From NCBI GenBank assembly GCA_046563655.1, contig CM102289.1, forward strand, positions 2,356,001-2,420,000: a DNA stretch of 64,000 nt, in the 5' to 3' direction. Shown here one piece after another: positions 1 through 13,200 of the stretch (positions are counted from its first letter, which is position 1; each line of letters starts with the position of its first letter). The notes below the pieces were generated by a model. That model did no database searches, had not been told where the DNA came from, and was given only the letters and a program-made list of their open reading frames with translations. The translations under genes and the position numbers were made by a program. The stretch comes from Yuukianura sp. NJ FZ-2021. Taxonomy: Eukaryota.

Positions 1-3000
1 CAGATGACCTTGACGGCAATGGCGGTGAGCGTTACTACTCTGCTCTGGGAGCAGATCACGCCTTTTCCGGCATTTTTGACCGCGGAGAAATCATGAACCG
101 CAGAAGTCAACGGTCGGACCGAATTCGGTTTCAGGATCCGGAAGCCATAACAATGGAGGATCTTCCACGATCTGGCATTTTGTCACAATATCATCAAAGC
201 ACTAATCAAGTCAGCCTTCACACTAACTCCAAAAGAAAAAAGATTTTTTTTTTTTGAAATTTTTTAAATGTGATTTTTTTTTATTTTGAGGATGAGGAGT
301 CTCGCTTGTACAACGAAGATCGAGAATCGATGAACCCTGAGCGGCGTCAACCGGAAGTTCGGAGAAATATTTTTGACTCACTCGACGGATGGAACGAAAG
401 TGAAATTGCGTCGACATTCAAAGGCCTTCAACCGCTTCAAGTTCAAGTTTTGGAGGCATGTTGGAAAGGCCAAATGGATCGTCTGCATGATGCTGTGGTC
501 AAAACAAAAGAAATGAAGAAAGGTCAGAATTATGCGCCTTTCATCATAAACCATCAAGATTCACTCGGTAGAACTCCGCTTCACCTTGCATCGGCATTTG
601 GACACTCACAAATTGTCCAGTTTTTAATCCAGGAAGGTAAAAATACGTTGAACTCTAAAAATTAACCCAACTGTTTCATTTAGTTTGAAAATTCAATCTT
701 TTGAAACAAATTTTTAGGCGCCCTTTTGAATCTCTGGGATAAAACGAACAAGGTGACTCCGTTAGGTTGCGCCTGCGCATGCGGAAGTTTGCAAGTAGTT
801 GAGATTTTGATAGCTCACCATGCAGATTTGAACGCTGGGATTGGTCGATGCATGACTCCTTTACACTGGACAATACAAAGTGGATCTGAGGCTTGTTTGA
901 AAAAATTGCTTAGCGCGGGAGCAAATCAGAATGCTTATGCAATGGAAGTGGGCACACCACTCCATCTAGCTGCGGCTCAAAGGAATGAAAGATGCTTGAA
1001 ATTGTTGTTGGAAAATGGCGCCAATATTGAAACATGCAAAGTAGGATTTGTTAAAAAATGAAATTTTATATTTCTCTAGAGAATTTTTATAAATAATACT
1101 TGACCGTGTTAGGGCGGAGAGCTGTGGACGGCTCTTCATATTGCTGCAAATGAAGGTTCAGAGGAATGTGTGGAACTTCTTTTAAAAGCTGGCGCAAATA
1201 TTGATGCCAAAGATTCAAAACAGCAAACGGCTCTTCATATTTCAGCAAGCAATGGTGACAGTGACGTCACTGGGATGTTGCTGAGCCACAGAGCGAATCC
1301 AGGGGCAAAAGATTGTGATGGAAGAACAGCTCTTCACAAAGCCGTTTCAAAAGGTTAGGTGCTAATTATTGCAAAGTAACTTTAATTTTCGTTCATTTTC
1401 AGTTTCCTCGTGAAAACAAAATCTCCTGTTGTTTTGAATTGTGTATCATATTTTTAAAAAATTTGGCTCGTAGGTTACGAATCTGCGGAATGTCTCATAC
1501 TCCTTAGAGAATATTCGGCTGATATTGATGCTCAGGATAACTACGGTCACACGCCATTACATCTCGGTATTTGTATTAGATTTTTCTACAAAAAAATGTT
1601 TTTCGAAAATCCTAAATAGTGAATCAGAAATTGGTAATACACTTTACAGCTGCAATTAACGACTCATCGTTCTCGGCTTCTTATCTTCTACAAGAGGGCG
1701 CTGATGTCACGATTCGGTTTGTACTTACGATATTGTTAATAATAGTAATTGCTTTAGTTTATGTAGAGCATTTTTTTTTCAAATTTCGATATAAACTGTC
1801 TTAAATCTGATTTTTTTTGTTTACCACTTTTGTTACTGTAGAGCAAAAAATGGGCAGAGTGCTTTAGGACTGTTGGTGAAAAAAATGCCTCACGTGATCC
1901 GATATATCCGAGAGAGTTTGGACAATTCTGTGACTATAAATCACATCGACCCGACTGACCCAGAGTGCGAGTTAAAACTAGACTTTCGGTATACCGTTAT
2001 GTAATTCTCAGAGAGAAAAATTGGAGTTTTTAGTAACTAAAAATGAAATTTTAAAATTTTGAAGAGCAATGATTGCAAATCCCACCGGTAAACCATCAAC
2101 AAATTCTCAGCGGTGGCAGGGAACGACCGCGGTAGCGTCGGATAAAAATAACGTTGATGATATGCAACGTGAAACTGAATTTTTGGCATGCCTGATTCGA
2201 ACGGGCTACAAATCATACCTGTCCCACCCTCTTGTCGAGTCTTTCATTGTCCTCAAGTGGCAACGCGTTCGAGTCTTCTTCTGGATTTCACTTCTTTTTT
2301 ACGTAATTTATAAAAAAAAATATATAAATAATGTTAATATTTATGAACTTTATATATGACATGTTAATACTCTGCAGGCATTCATGGTCTTCCTGTACAG
2401 TATATACATCTACGAAGTATTCGTGTTGCGGTGCCCATTCAGTGTTCCCGCCTCGGAACTAATCAAAAACAGTTCCAGTGCTCAATTGTCAAATACTAGC
2501 GGATACTGCAAAATTAGCGCCAACATCAGTATTTTTTTAAATGGAGGCATGATTTGTTTACAAATAATTTTTCACACTAAAACTGTTCTTTTCATTTTTA
2601 GCAATGAATTCCGTACATTGTGACCTCCAAAAAAGCACGCTATTGCAGACAAATTGGTTCCTCCTGGCAATCATTACAGCGGTGATTACGTTGAAGGAAG
2701 TTTTTCAAATAATCCAAGGATTTCGCGCCTACTTTCTTGTGGTTGAGCACTACTTCCAATGGATTCTACTTGCCAACATTTTCATGTCTCTTTGTCCATT
2801 TGTGACCATGACGGACAATTGTTTAGACTATTGGCACTACCCGTCTGCTGCGGTAACACATACATAACCTTTTTATATTTTTTATCGTCTTCACATTTTT
2901 AATTTGCATAGTAAGAATCTAGTACTTCGTTTGTCAAGGTTGGCGTTCTTGCCGCTTGGAGTCTCATGTTTGTTCGAATCGGACGATTTCCTTCTCTTGG

Positions 3001-4234
3001 AATTTACGTTCAAATGCTCGTCAAAGTAAGGCGAAATTGAAGATTATTAGAATTTAGTTAAGTAGCTTCATAGTGCTTAGTTTTCTTTTTCGTAATTTTG
3101 TATAAATGGTACTTCACAATGTACATAGGTAATACAGAATTTTGGTCTGTTCATTGCCGCATATGCCTGCCTCATCATCGCATTTGCGTTTGCATTCACA
3201 ATTCTCTTTAGAGACGTGAGCCTTTGCCAAAATATTTGACAAATTTGAATCCAAAGTATGTAGTAATTTTGCATTTCGTTTATAGGAACCTCCGTTCTCA
3301 ACCATCCCACGGTCAATAATGAAAACAGTGACGATGATGGTGGGAGGTTAGGAAAAAATTTTCATATAATTTTGAAAACTTAAACATTAAACATATTTTA
3401 TCGTACTTTTCACATGTAAGCTAACATTATAGCACTTTTTTTTGAAATTGTAGAATTAAACTACGATGAACTGTTTTACGGAAAAGTGGTAGTGAATGGA
3501 GTAGAGAAAGAAAAACACGGTGCACTCAACTATCCCATCACGGCTCATATTCTGTTTGCTGGATTTGTGATTTTCATTACAATTATTTTGATGAATTTGC
3601 TCATAGGTTTGGCAGTACATGACATCCAGGTAACTTCAAATTCTAATAAGTTTAATTAAACATATAATTATAAAATAATACGATAAATAAATTTAAAAAA
3701 AAACATATAAATTAAATGTGGACATTTTACTAATTTTTTTTTAATTAAAACTTCAAGAGTTTAGAAAAAGGCGCAAGAGTCGAGAGGCTTCTGAGACAAA
3801 CTGCGTCGATTGCCGGGCTGGAGCTGTTTTTATTTTCGAGAGGACTTCATATACTTTTGCCAAATTCAATCGGAAAATTCCTGAGAAAACGGGCGCTTCT
3901 TGTACCATCAGCATACAAGTCAGCTTAAATTATGTTAAATTAAGGCTATATAAATTAGTTAATTGTTAATTTGGTAATTAACGTTAGATGGACATTTTAC
4001 TTCCGTCCGAACGATCCGCGTGACCGACGCCTTCCAAAAGACTTGGTTCGAGAAGCCCTTTGCCTCGCAAGTAGTCGGCAGAGCTCGGGCAAACGGTCGA
4101 GTCAAGCTAGAGCCATTCGTGGAGTTGGAACTGTCCGACTAACAGCCCAACTGGAGAACATGGAACAGCGACTGCGCAATGGATTTAAAAAAGATTTGGA
4201 ATCCGTTTTAGCGCAGTTTAATCAACGTGCATAA
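1..4234 (+). CDS. TRPA-subfamily cation channel (pyrexia/water witch-like), multi-exon, 5' end lies outside the window
   Basis: Successive exons encode ankyrin repeats (GRTPLHLAS, MTPLHW, GTPLHLAA, QTALHISA, GRTALHKA), then HPLVESFIVLKW, six TM segments, the pore region (TVTMMVG/ELNYDELF) and LMNLLIGLAVHDIQ. Short GT-AG introns; stop at 4232-4234. Confidence 0.9.
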
Positions 4235-4443
4235 GCAAACAATTTCATCACACAAAGAAACAAAGCCTATACATTTCAGTCAAATTAAAACAGAAACTGA
4301 CTTTCTAATAAAACAAAATCAGTGCAGTATTCCATCATTTCAGAAATTTCACTAATTCTTTTTTATAATACATAAATACAACTTTTTTTTCCTTTTTCAT
4401 AACTTCGACTTTCTGGCTTTTTATTTCGAAATACAACATTTAT

Positions 4444-4884
4444 TTATTTAACTTTTTTGGCCAAATGGTGACTAACTAGTTCATAGCCGTTGTTCAAGTA
4501 GAGTCGATGAGCGTCTTTTCGCGGGTAACTACTACTATCAATTGACATGTTGACACAATTTTCATGTTTAGCAAGATCATCTGCGAATTTCAATAGTTTA
4601 CCAGCGAAACCTTTACGTTGACTGGCAGAAATCGTGCATAGGTGGTTGATACTTAGCGTTTTTCCATCGTAAAGGTGATTTTGCATTCTCAGTCCCATGA
4701 TTGCTTCTACTTTGCCCTCTTGACCTTGAATGTAGAATAGCCTGTAGCGATCTTCTTTTCGTAGTAGCTGCACTCTTTCTACAAATTCATTTTGAACTAT
4801 TACATCAAGTTCAAAAAATACTGGCCAGCAGAGCTCAATTTCTTGAGGAGTCTTGGCTTCTTGAATGATAACTTCATTAGACAT
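4444..4884 (-). CDS. GNAT-family N-acetyltransferase, bacterial-type, 146 aa, no coding introns
   Basis: MSNEVIIQEAKT... with acetyl-CoA-binding motif A (LCTISASQRKGFAGKLL) and C-terminal DAHRLYLNNGYELVSHH. Predicted 5'UTR intron 5108-4901 (GTGAGT...TTTTCAG). Confidence 0.85.
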   Translation of the reverse strand: MSNEVIIQEAKTPQEIELCWPVFFELDVIVQNEFVERVQLLRKEDRYRLFYIQGQEGKVEAIMGLRMQNHLYDGKTLSINHLCTISASQRKGFAGKLLKFADDLAKHENCVNMSIDSSSYPRKDAHRLYLNNGYELVSHHLAKKVK

Positions 4885-5482
4885 ATTGGGATTTGCAAAT
4901 CTGAAAATTAAAAAGTAAAATTTTTCAATTAAATAAAATTCCAATTCTAAAAATCTGAAACTAAAATGCGTTTGAGAATTCAAATAGGGAAGTATAGTAC
5001 AGCTTTTTGTCTATGCTCAGCATGGAGATGGACCGTTTCAAATTTTTTGAAACTTTGTTTGAATGAAAAATATGCTCAAATCATAGAATTAAAAACGATC
5101 TCACTCACCGGCTAAGGATGAACCCTAGTTGTTGCTTCCTTTACACATAAGATTAGACGAACTAAGATTCTAATAAAAGTTCCACATCATTTGAAATTCA
5201 TTTTTTCCACTAACTTCAAGAATTTCAAATCTCACGCAAATTGTAGATCAGAAATTGGAAATTGTTTTTCTGAGAAGATGCAGTGCATTTTATATTACTA
5301 GTGTTTTATACTCATGTAAAAATTTGTACTTTAATGTGTTAAAATAAATAATAAAACTAATAACTGTACAAACAAATTAGCTTAAAAACTAATTAACTGC
5401 GAATTAATTAACTCTCGAGGAATTAAATAACTATAACCTGAAAGTTGAACTATACCACACCTACACTTTTTAATTTTCTCGC

Positions 5483-6863
5483 TTATTTGAATTTTCTTCT
5501 TATACTTTTTTCTACAAGTGATCTAAGCTCCTCGTCATCTTCCGTAGCACACAATTGTCCTCGTCTATTTACACTCTTGAAACTAGATAAGTCAATTGCC
5601 TTTGGATCTTTAGAGGGCGTCAGCAGCCACAAAAGCGCTGCAACTCCAATTCCAAGCGTCAAGGTCGTGTCAAGCCCCAAATATTCTAAGCCAGTTGTTC
5701 CCAGGAACCAAAAAACAGCCAATCCCACTAAAGTTGTAATTTGACTTGCTGTTGGCGCCAAAATCAATGTTTCAACTGCATCAACCAATCTCTCAATTGG
5801 GTTCAAGCGTTCTTCTGACCCCATGCTTCTTCCTTCCGATCGACATTTTTGCACATTTTTCAAACTTTGGAGATTTTCACTGGAATCTTCTTCTTTTGAG
5901 TCTGCTCGAGCCAACGCCGCTGCGCCTGCCTCTTCCCCTGGAGGAGTGGTTCCATGTGATTTGGTCAGAAAGTGAAAAGATCAAAAGTGAAATGATCAGA
6001 AAAAAAAGGTCAGAAAAGGAAGGAACGTAACCAAACCTAACCTTAGATCTTTTGAATTCTGACCTTTTCACTTCTGATCATTTCACTTCTGACCAAATAT
6101 TTCTGACCATTTCACCTGCTACGGGAGGAGTGACCAACTCCGCTGGAACGCCAGCTAGAGCTGCAAGGGCTTCGACTTGTTCTTGTCTTATTTGAGTAAG
6201 ACGTGGACTATCGGCGCGTAAGGAAACGTTGATACCAAACATTACAATGGCCATGACGAGATTTGCTATAATGAAGGGTACAAGCAGAATGGCTTGCACA
6301 GCGGTAAAAAATGGTGCAGCACCTTGTTCCACCGGAAGTGCGGGAAGCGGAACTCCAGGCGAAGGAAGTCCTTGACGATTGGCAGGGTTGCGATGATTTA
6401 TGACTTCGTAACTAACGTCTTCTTCTGAGTCGGATTCTGCCGATTCGTCAGACTCCACTTTTTCCAGTGATTCTGATTTTGCTTTTTCAGAACTTTGTGG
6501 TTGAGTTGACTCATCGCCTGATTTTTGTGGAACAGTCAAAGTTAGGTTCAGCGTCTGGAGTAACTTGGTGGGATCTGTGATTCCGAGAATGACTAAATTT
6601 GTGTAGTTATTTTTGAAGGCTTCGTAAGTTTCCCATTGAGAACCCAACTCTTGTTTGAATTCATTAACTTTGTTTTGAATAAATTTTGGAACTGGCAGTA
6701 TTTGTTGTGAAGCATTCACGAAGCAAAGGATCCAAATAAACTGAATTCTGTTAATTCAAATTTAAAAAAATAAATCTAAAGAAGCAGAAAACAAAAGTAG
6801 AATTTAAAAACTACACTGCAATAAATGACTTAGAAATATCTAATATTACCCTATTCGTGCCAT
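5483..6863 (-). CDS. Orphan protein with signal peptide and hydrophobic segments (~365 aa); exons 6863-6850, 6747-6116, 5937-5483
   Basis: Splicing gives MARIGIQFIWILCFVNA/SQQ... The ORFs 6078-6719 and 5483-5914 join in frame when the MITE-derived intron 6115-5938 is removed. No recognisable domain. Confidence 0.65.
5948..6123. mobile_element. Foldback/Mutator-like MITE forming an intron of the orphan gene
   Basis: Inverted arms built of GGTCAGAAAGTGAAA / TTTCACTTCTGACC units. Termini GGTTCCATGTGA and TCACCTGCTACG. Direct repeat GGAGGAGT at 5940-5947 and 6124-6131. Confidence 0.85.
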
Positions 6864-8044
6864 TCCATGCACTTTATAATAGGTTTGTGTTGCTGTAAAC
6901 TTCAATCCAAAAACCTTAATGTGTTACTGTACTCTCAAAATCTACACAATGTGTGTCCATTTTTAGAAGAAAAATAAAACCACTACAATATCTTATGTCA
7001 CTTGTTCTATTGGCTGTCGCTTTTCTTCTAATGTGAGTCATAAATGAAAGTGAGTCTTCGCAAATCAATGAAATATGGGACATGAAGACATGATAAACTT
7101 GATTTGAAACTTTCTTTTTTAAACTTGTCAGGCCAGAATTTAAAAGCAGACATAAGTGTGATAAGTTTGATTATAACCCAACCAAGCAATGGGACTTGGC
7201 ATTTGATACATCGTATATGTATAGCCTGCCACTATTTTTCTCAACCCGTTCCACTTGTACTGCAGGAATTTCAAGCCCGCAGCTTGCAAAATGGCTGAAA
7301 ATCGGCAACTTGCCCGAACGTGGCTGCCAATAAAGCTCTTTCTGGAAGCCCGTCTGCAGCCCGCGCAATCTACGCAAAGTTAGCTTGCAATAAAACAATA
7401 AATTGTGTTATTCATTACAACCACTTCAGATACTCCGTTTTCCTTTAATTTCCATTGTTTAAACGCGCTATAGTTCGTATATGCTATGGGACACAACATT
7501 ATAGAGTAACCAAAAACGCTATCCAATTTTACTTTTCAAGAAACAAATTTTACTGTTTCTTTCTTCATTTTTTGTGAGATTTGAAAGTTCAAGGCAAACA
7601 ATAACCAACACTCACGTTAGTACAACTGCTAACTTTGAATTGCGTACTATATTTTTTAAGTTTCAAAATTTAGCCCTTTTGAAATTGCCAGAAAATAACA
7701 AGCTAACTGTGCGAAGTTTCAAAAAAAAAAAGGTGAATTTCCGAAAACGTAAATATATGTGTTTTTGTAAACAAAATTGAAAAATATATTTTTTGGTTAC
7801 AAAGATAAGTATACTAATATTCATGTTAACTTTCAAAACAAAATAAATGGCTACAAAATTGATTCTTTTCTCCCACGAAGTTTAGCTTACACATGTAAAT
7901 TTCTATCTTAATTATATTTACAACACAAATTATACTAATAGATTATACTAATTAAAATAATATCTAGTTTAATTATTTTAACAACTTGGTTTTCCAGAAA
8001 AAAGATATGGATTTCGTGTCTATTTTATGATCTTTTAAGAATAA

Positions 8045-9045
8045 ACCGGTTGTAAACCGCCCATACTGATAATAGCGAAGCAATAGGCCCCCCGAAGGGG
8101 GTTTGTTCCCTACCACTTTCCTGCCTCCCCCCCGGGGGGAGTGGGGGTATGTTTTGCCGCTTTTTTGCTCCGCACCCCAGGAAGCGTGGGGGTGTGTTCC
8201 CCCCACTTCCCCGTCCCCCCCCAGGAGGCGTGGGGGTGTGTTCCCCCCACTTTCCCGCCCCCCCCCCAGGAAGCGTGGGGGTGTGTTCCCCCAACTTTTC
8301 CGCCCTTCCCCAGGGGGTGTTGAAAGGTGAGACGTGACAGCTGAGGCGTGACAGGTGACAGGTGAGACGTGACAGGTGACACCCGGCAAGTGACACTTGA
8401 GGGTGACAGGTGACACCCGGTATGTGACAGGTGACACCCGGCAAGTGACACTTGAGGGTGACAGGTGACACCCGGTATGTGACAGGTGACACCCGGCAAG
8501 TGACACTTGAGGGTGACAGGTGACACCCGGCAAGTGACAGGTGGCAGGTGACACCCGGTGGACACAGTGCATGAGTGTGTAAAGTGTCTATGTCAACTGC
8601 GTAATAGATTTTTTGCTAAGCAGAGAACCAAGTCCCACGCCAATTGCCTTCCCAGTCTCACAAGAAGAGTTTTTGTTACACACACTTGCAAGTGACCTTT
8701 GAAATCGATTTTGACCCGGAAGCAGGTGACCTAGGGTCACACATTACACACAAAAGTTGTTCCCCTCGATGAGATGAACAACTTTTGTAGAAGTCATTTT
8801 CCCGGTTACCAGGGATAAAACCGGTTGACCTTGACCTTTGACCCGGAAGGAGTTAACACGCGGGGGTCATATTCAATAGTGACCAAGCCCGGGTCATGAC
8901 ATGGTCACTGGTGAAAACCGGAATCAAATCGGACCAGTAGTTTCTGAGATAATTAATCTGGACAGACAGACAGACGGACAGACAGACAGACAGACAAACC
9001 ACTTTTATCATAATAGCTTCGCTATTATAATAATGAGCGGAAAAT
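8045..9045. mobile_element. Non-autonomous Helentron/HINE (DINE-1-like) element with internal minisatellites
   Basis: Subterminal inverted repeats ATAATAGCGAAGC (~8069) and GCTTCGCTATTAT (~9015), a small hairpin near 8047, and a (GACA)n tract at 8961-8996. Internal GGGGTGTGTTCCCCC repeats at 8095-8320 and GTGACAGGTGACACCCGG repeats at 8325-8565. Confidence 0.7.
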
Positions 9046-9867
9046 ACTAGTGCAAACTGTGTGAGAGTAAACAAGGTCAAATTAACAAATAGCTTACGCT
9101 ATTTAATAACCGGCATTTTTTTTCGTGCATCCTGTTCCTGGCTCTATTTATTGTTTAGAAACGTCATAAGCACGTATGTAAGTTATGGAAAAACCTGGAA
9201 CCGTGTTTTGAGTTGTAATTGTTTTCCTTCACCTTCTACTGGTCGTTAACCTTGATTATTACTTAAACCTAAGTTTAAATTTCTTGTTACCCCAACTGGA
9301 ACAGCACCTTAGTGAATTCAATTTCTTTCAACTTAAATTCCTAAGTCTACGGATTTAAGCCATAGTACTCTTATTTGTCGCTGTTTTTGGAAATGTTGCA
9401 TTAAATTTAAGTCAACTAGGTGTGTAAAGTAATGTGAACTAAACTGACAAACTGCAAATAAATATATTGGACTTTGGCTCGAAGAGTTTGTGCAACATAT
9501 ACATGTAAAAGTTGTTGCAAAATTTCACTTTCTCACACTTCACTAGCTCGAATTTTCGGTCAAAACATGATAATTGACGTAGGTGAATTCTATGAATGCC
9601 AAACATGAGTTTTTCGTAATGATTACAAGAAAAACAATTGTGAAACACTGTGTTAACACTATCTAAAAATTGGAATAAAATCTTTATTACTAAAATTAAT
9701 TATAATTGTGAGAATAATTTTTATACCTGTTGATTACACACAACTTAAATTCTTGTATAAAACCAGAACGTTCGTGGCATTGTAAACATCATTGAGAATT
9801 TCAGAAAATTGCCTTTAAATTTTCAATTTGTCCACGAACTTTGGTGTAAAACGCGAAAGGTAAGACT

Positions 9868-10175
9868 CAAGGTTCAAGTAGCAACGAAATAGTTTTTCTT
9901 TAACAGGTTAGCTAATAAGTCTCTCTTTTTTTTCAAAAATTTTGCTGCAAACAAATATACAGCAAACATCCCACTGATTTTCCCCCAACTTATGCAAAAA
10001 TTTAACAGTTTGCACAAACAGGAACGTTCCAAATGAAAAAAAAAGTTCGAAGGAAAAATTTCCCGGGAAACGAGAGTTACCGATAATTTTTGAAATTTTG
10101 AAAATTAAAAGAAAAAAAAACAACATATTGCCTAACCTGTTACAGGAAAAACTATTTTCTTATTTACAAACATCG
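9868..10175. mobile_element. CAAGGTT-family MITE in the predicted PKS 5'UTR intron (9860-10252)
   Basis: Begins CAAGGTT, has internal ACAGGTTAG/CTAACCTGT inverted blocks and a degenerate end AACATCG. Flanked by GGTAAGACT / GGTAAGACC. Confidence 0.7.
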
Positions 10176-10262
10176 GGTAAGACCGATAAGGTCAAAATTA
10201 ATTTTAAAATTTTATTTCTACATTGTTTTTAAATTTTCAATTTTTATTTCAGGTAGAAAGAT

Positions 10263-13200
10263 ATGGGTTCCACGACAATTGGTTCTGGTACGCCTATAAC
10301 CACAAAACAATATGAAATGAGAGATGCAATTGCAATCATTGGAATGAGCTGTAGATTTCCGGGTGCGAATAACGCGAAGGAGTTTTGGGAAGTGCTTTGC
10401 TCTGGTCAAGACGCCATTCGGTCATTTCCGGAGGAAAGAGCACAGGAAGCCAAAAATCAATTTGGGATGGATTCGGACATCAAGGCGGGCTTTTTAAAAT
10501 GTAGAGTGGACGAATTCGATGCTCAATTTTTTGGAATTAGCCCTAGAGAGGCCCCATTGATTGATCCTCAGCAGAGACTTCTTTTGGAGGTTACATGGGA
10601 AAGCTTGGAAGACGCAGGAATCAACGCTCACGAACTCAAAAGCACTTCGACTGGCGTATTCACTGGGATTTGGCAACCAGATTACGATAGGATTCTGCAC
10701 ACTACGACAAAGGATGCAAATGACTTGTTCCATCGCTACCTTGGAAACGCTTTTAGCGCAACTGCATCGCGGGTGTCTTACTGCCTTGGCCTACATGGTA
10801 CAAAACCAAGGTTGCTATAGCGACCATTTATTCAAATGCGATAGCAGGTTATGTCATAACTCACTATTCTCCAAAAACTTTTGGACGAATTTTGTATTAA
10901 TCCCATTTGGTTTATATGGCGCAAGGTCAACAAATTGCAGAAAATTTAAAAACAAACAATTTTTGTTTAAATGGGAGTAATGGCATAACCTGTTGAGGAA
11001 AAATAAAAGAAAAACTTCGATTTAAATAATGTTGGTACAAAACAGGAAAAAAAATTAACTTCCCTACGTTTTATAAAGTTACTGAATTTTTTAAATTTGA
11101 TTTTTAGGCCCGGCAATTGCACTCGAATCCGGATGCTCTTCATCCCTTGGCGCCATACATTTGGCCTGTCAAAGTCTTCTTAATGGAGAATCTTCTCTTG
11201 CTATTGCGGGTGGCGTCAACTTAATCCTGATTGGAGCGAATCCGTTTACAAATGCTACGGAAACCGAAGGAGACTCCATTGTGCTCTCGAAGGATTTCAA
11301 GTGTAAAACATTTGACGAATCTGCTAATGGATTTGTGCGGTAAGACATAAATTTTTTGGCACAAATATGAAATGCTTATAAAACTGAATTAAAAAAAAAT
11401 AACGCATGGCAGAATGCAAATAATCAACAATGTGTTGTATAACCTAACAGAGCGGAAGGTTGTGGCGTTTTGATTTTGAAGAAATACGAAGAGGCAGTGG
11501 ATACTGGGTGCCACATTTTGGGAATTGTTCGCGGCAGTGCAATAAATAACGACGGAAACGGAAGCAGTTTTGGAACTCCGAGTGCGCATGCTCAAGCAAT
11601 GGTTTTCGAAAAGGCTCTTGAAAAAGCTGGAGTGACGCCAGATCAAGTTTCATTCCTCGAAGCTCATGGAACTGGGACTCCTGTTGGTAAGCATATTTAA
11701 CTGCCTTCATATTTCCTTTTTAAAGCAAACTTTTAAATATTTTTCTATGTAAGTGTAGGTGATCCAATCGAAATGGAAGCCATTCGGTGCGTTTATTCAA
11801 AAAATCGAACGTCTCCTCTTTACATCAGCTCTGTCAAGACTAACATAGGACATTGTGAAGCTGCCGCTGGAATTGCCAGTGTCATCAAAGCAATTCTCTG
11901 CATTCAAAAGAAGCTTCTTCCTCCGCATTTGAACTTGAACAAACTCAATCCATACATCAACTTAGACAAAATTCCAGCGATTATTCCAACGGAAACTACC
12001 GAATGGAAATCAGAGCAACGAATCTGCGCAGTAAGCTCCTTCAGCATGAGCGCCACTAACGTCCATGTCATTCTACAAGAACCCCAAGCAATCGCATGTC
12101 AATCCGCTTCTACTTCACACAGCGTATGCCGCCCACTTGTCATCACGGTTTCTGCAAAATCCAAAGAGGCTTTGGACGCTTTGATTCAAGGTTCGTGAAG
12201 GCACAAATGGTTTTTTCTACAACAGGTTGTCCTATAACTCCGGGTTTTTTAATTTTGTGCTTTCAAAAATTAAACCGGTTCATCTTGACCTCCGTTTAGG
12301 TTACAAGTTTATCTTTTTTCCCTTGTAGTAATAGTCTACCAGTTGGAAAAAATTAGAGGAAAAAACTCAAACAAAATTGGTGCAGGAGGTTTGAAGTAAG
12401 ATTTTTGGAAACCCTGAGTTATTGGACAACGTGTTGTAGGAAATACGACTCGGTTGTCAAATAACCTTGCTTTGATTGCAGCTTATGTCAAATATTTGGA
12501 AAATCATACGAACATCACCCTGGAAAACTTTGCTTATGCTGTGAACGTCACTAGGGCGCCATTGCCGCACCGAATTGCTATTACTGCGTCAACGACGCAA
12601 GAAGTTCTGGAAAAATTGAAACGCCAAGATTGGTCATACGCAAAATCATCAAACGTTAAATCAAAAATTGCCTTTCTGTTTCCCGGACAGGGTTGCCAGT
12701 ATGCAGAAATGGTGAAGAATCTCGCAGAATCTTTTCCTGTTTTGCAAAATGCATTGGATGAAGCAGATGAGATATTTGAAGCTTGCCTTCATAAAAAGCT
12801 GACGCATGTCATATGGGAAAACCCAAATCTGTTGAACCAAACACTTTACTGTCAACCTGCAATTGTTGCTGTTGAATACGCCTTGGCACAACTTTGGAAG
12901 TCTTTCGGAATTGTTCCGGATGCAGTTCTGGGACACAGCTTAGGAGAAATAGCTGCGGCGATTTCAGCAGGAGTTTTGTCATTGGAGCAAGGTTTGAAAT
13001 TAATTATTGCTCGTAGTCGTTTAGTCGATAAATTGGAGGAAGGATCTATGTTAGCTGTTAGCGGCAATGAGCAAAGGACAAGATTTCTGATTGCTGAATT
13101 TCAAAAATCCCGCCAGAGTGAATGGATTGACGTAGCAGCAGTAAATTCAAATAGTGAAGTCGTGGTATCTGGCCCTAAAAAAACTATTACGGAATTTGCT

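Noticed and set aside
7973..8572. Overlapping Cys/His/Gly-rich ORFs
   Set aside because: They are translations of minisatellites inside a non-autonomous element.
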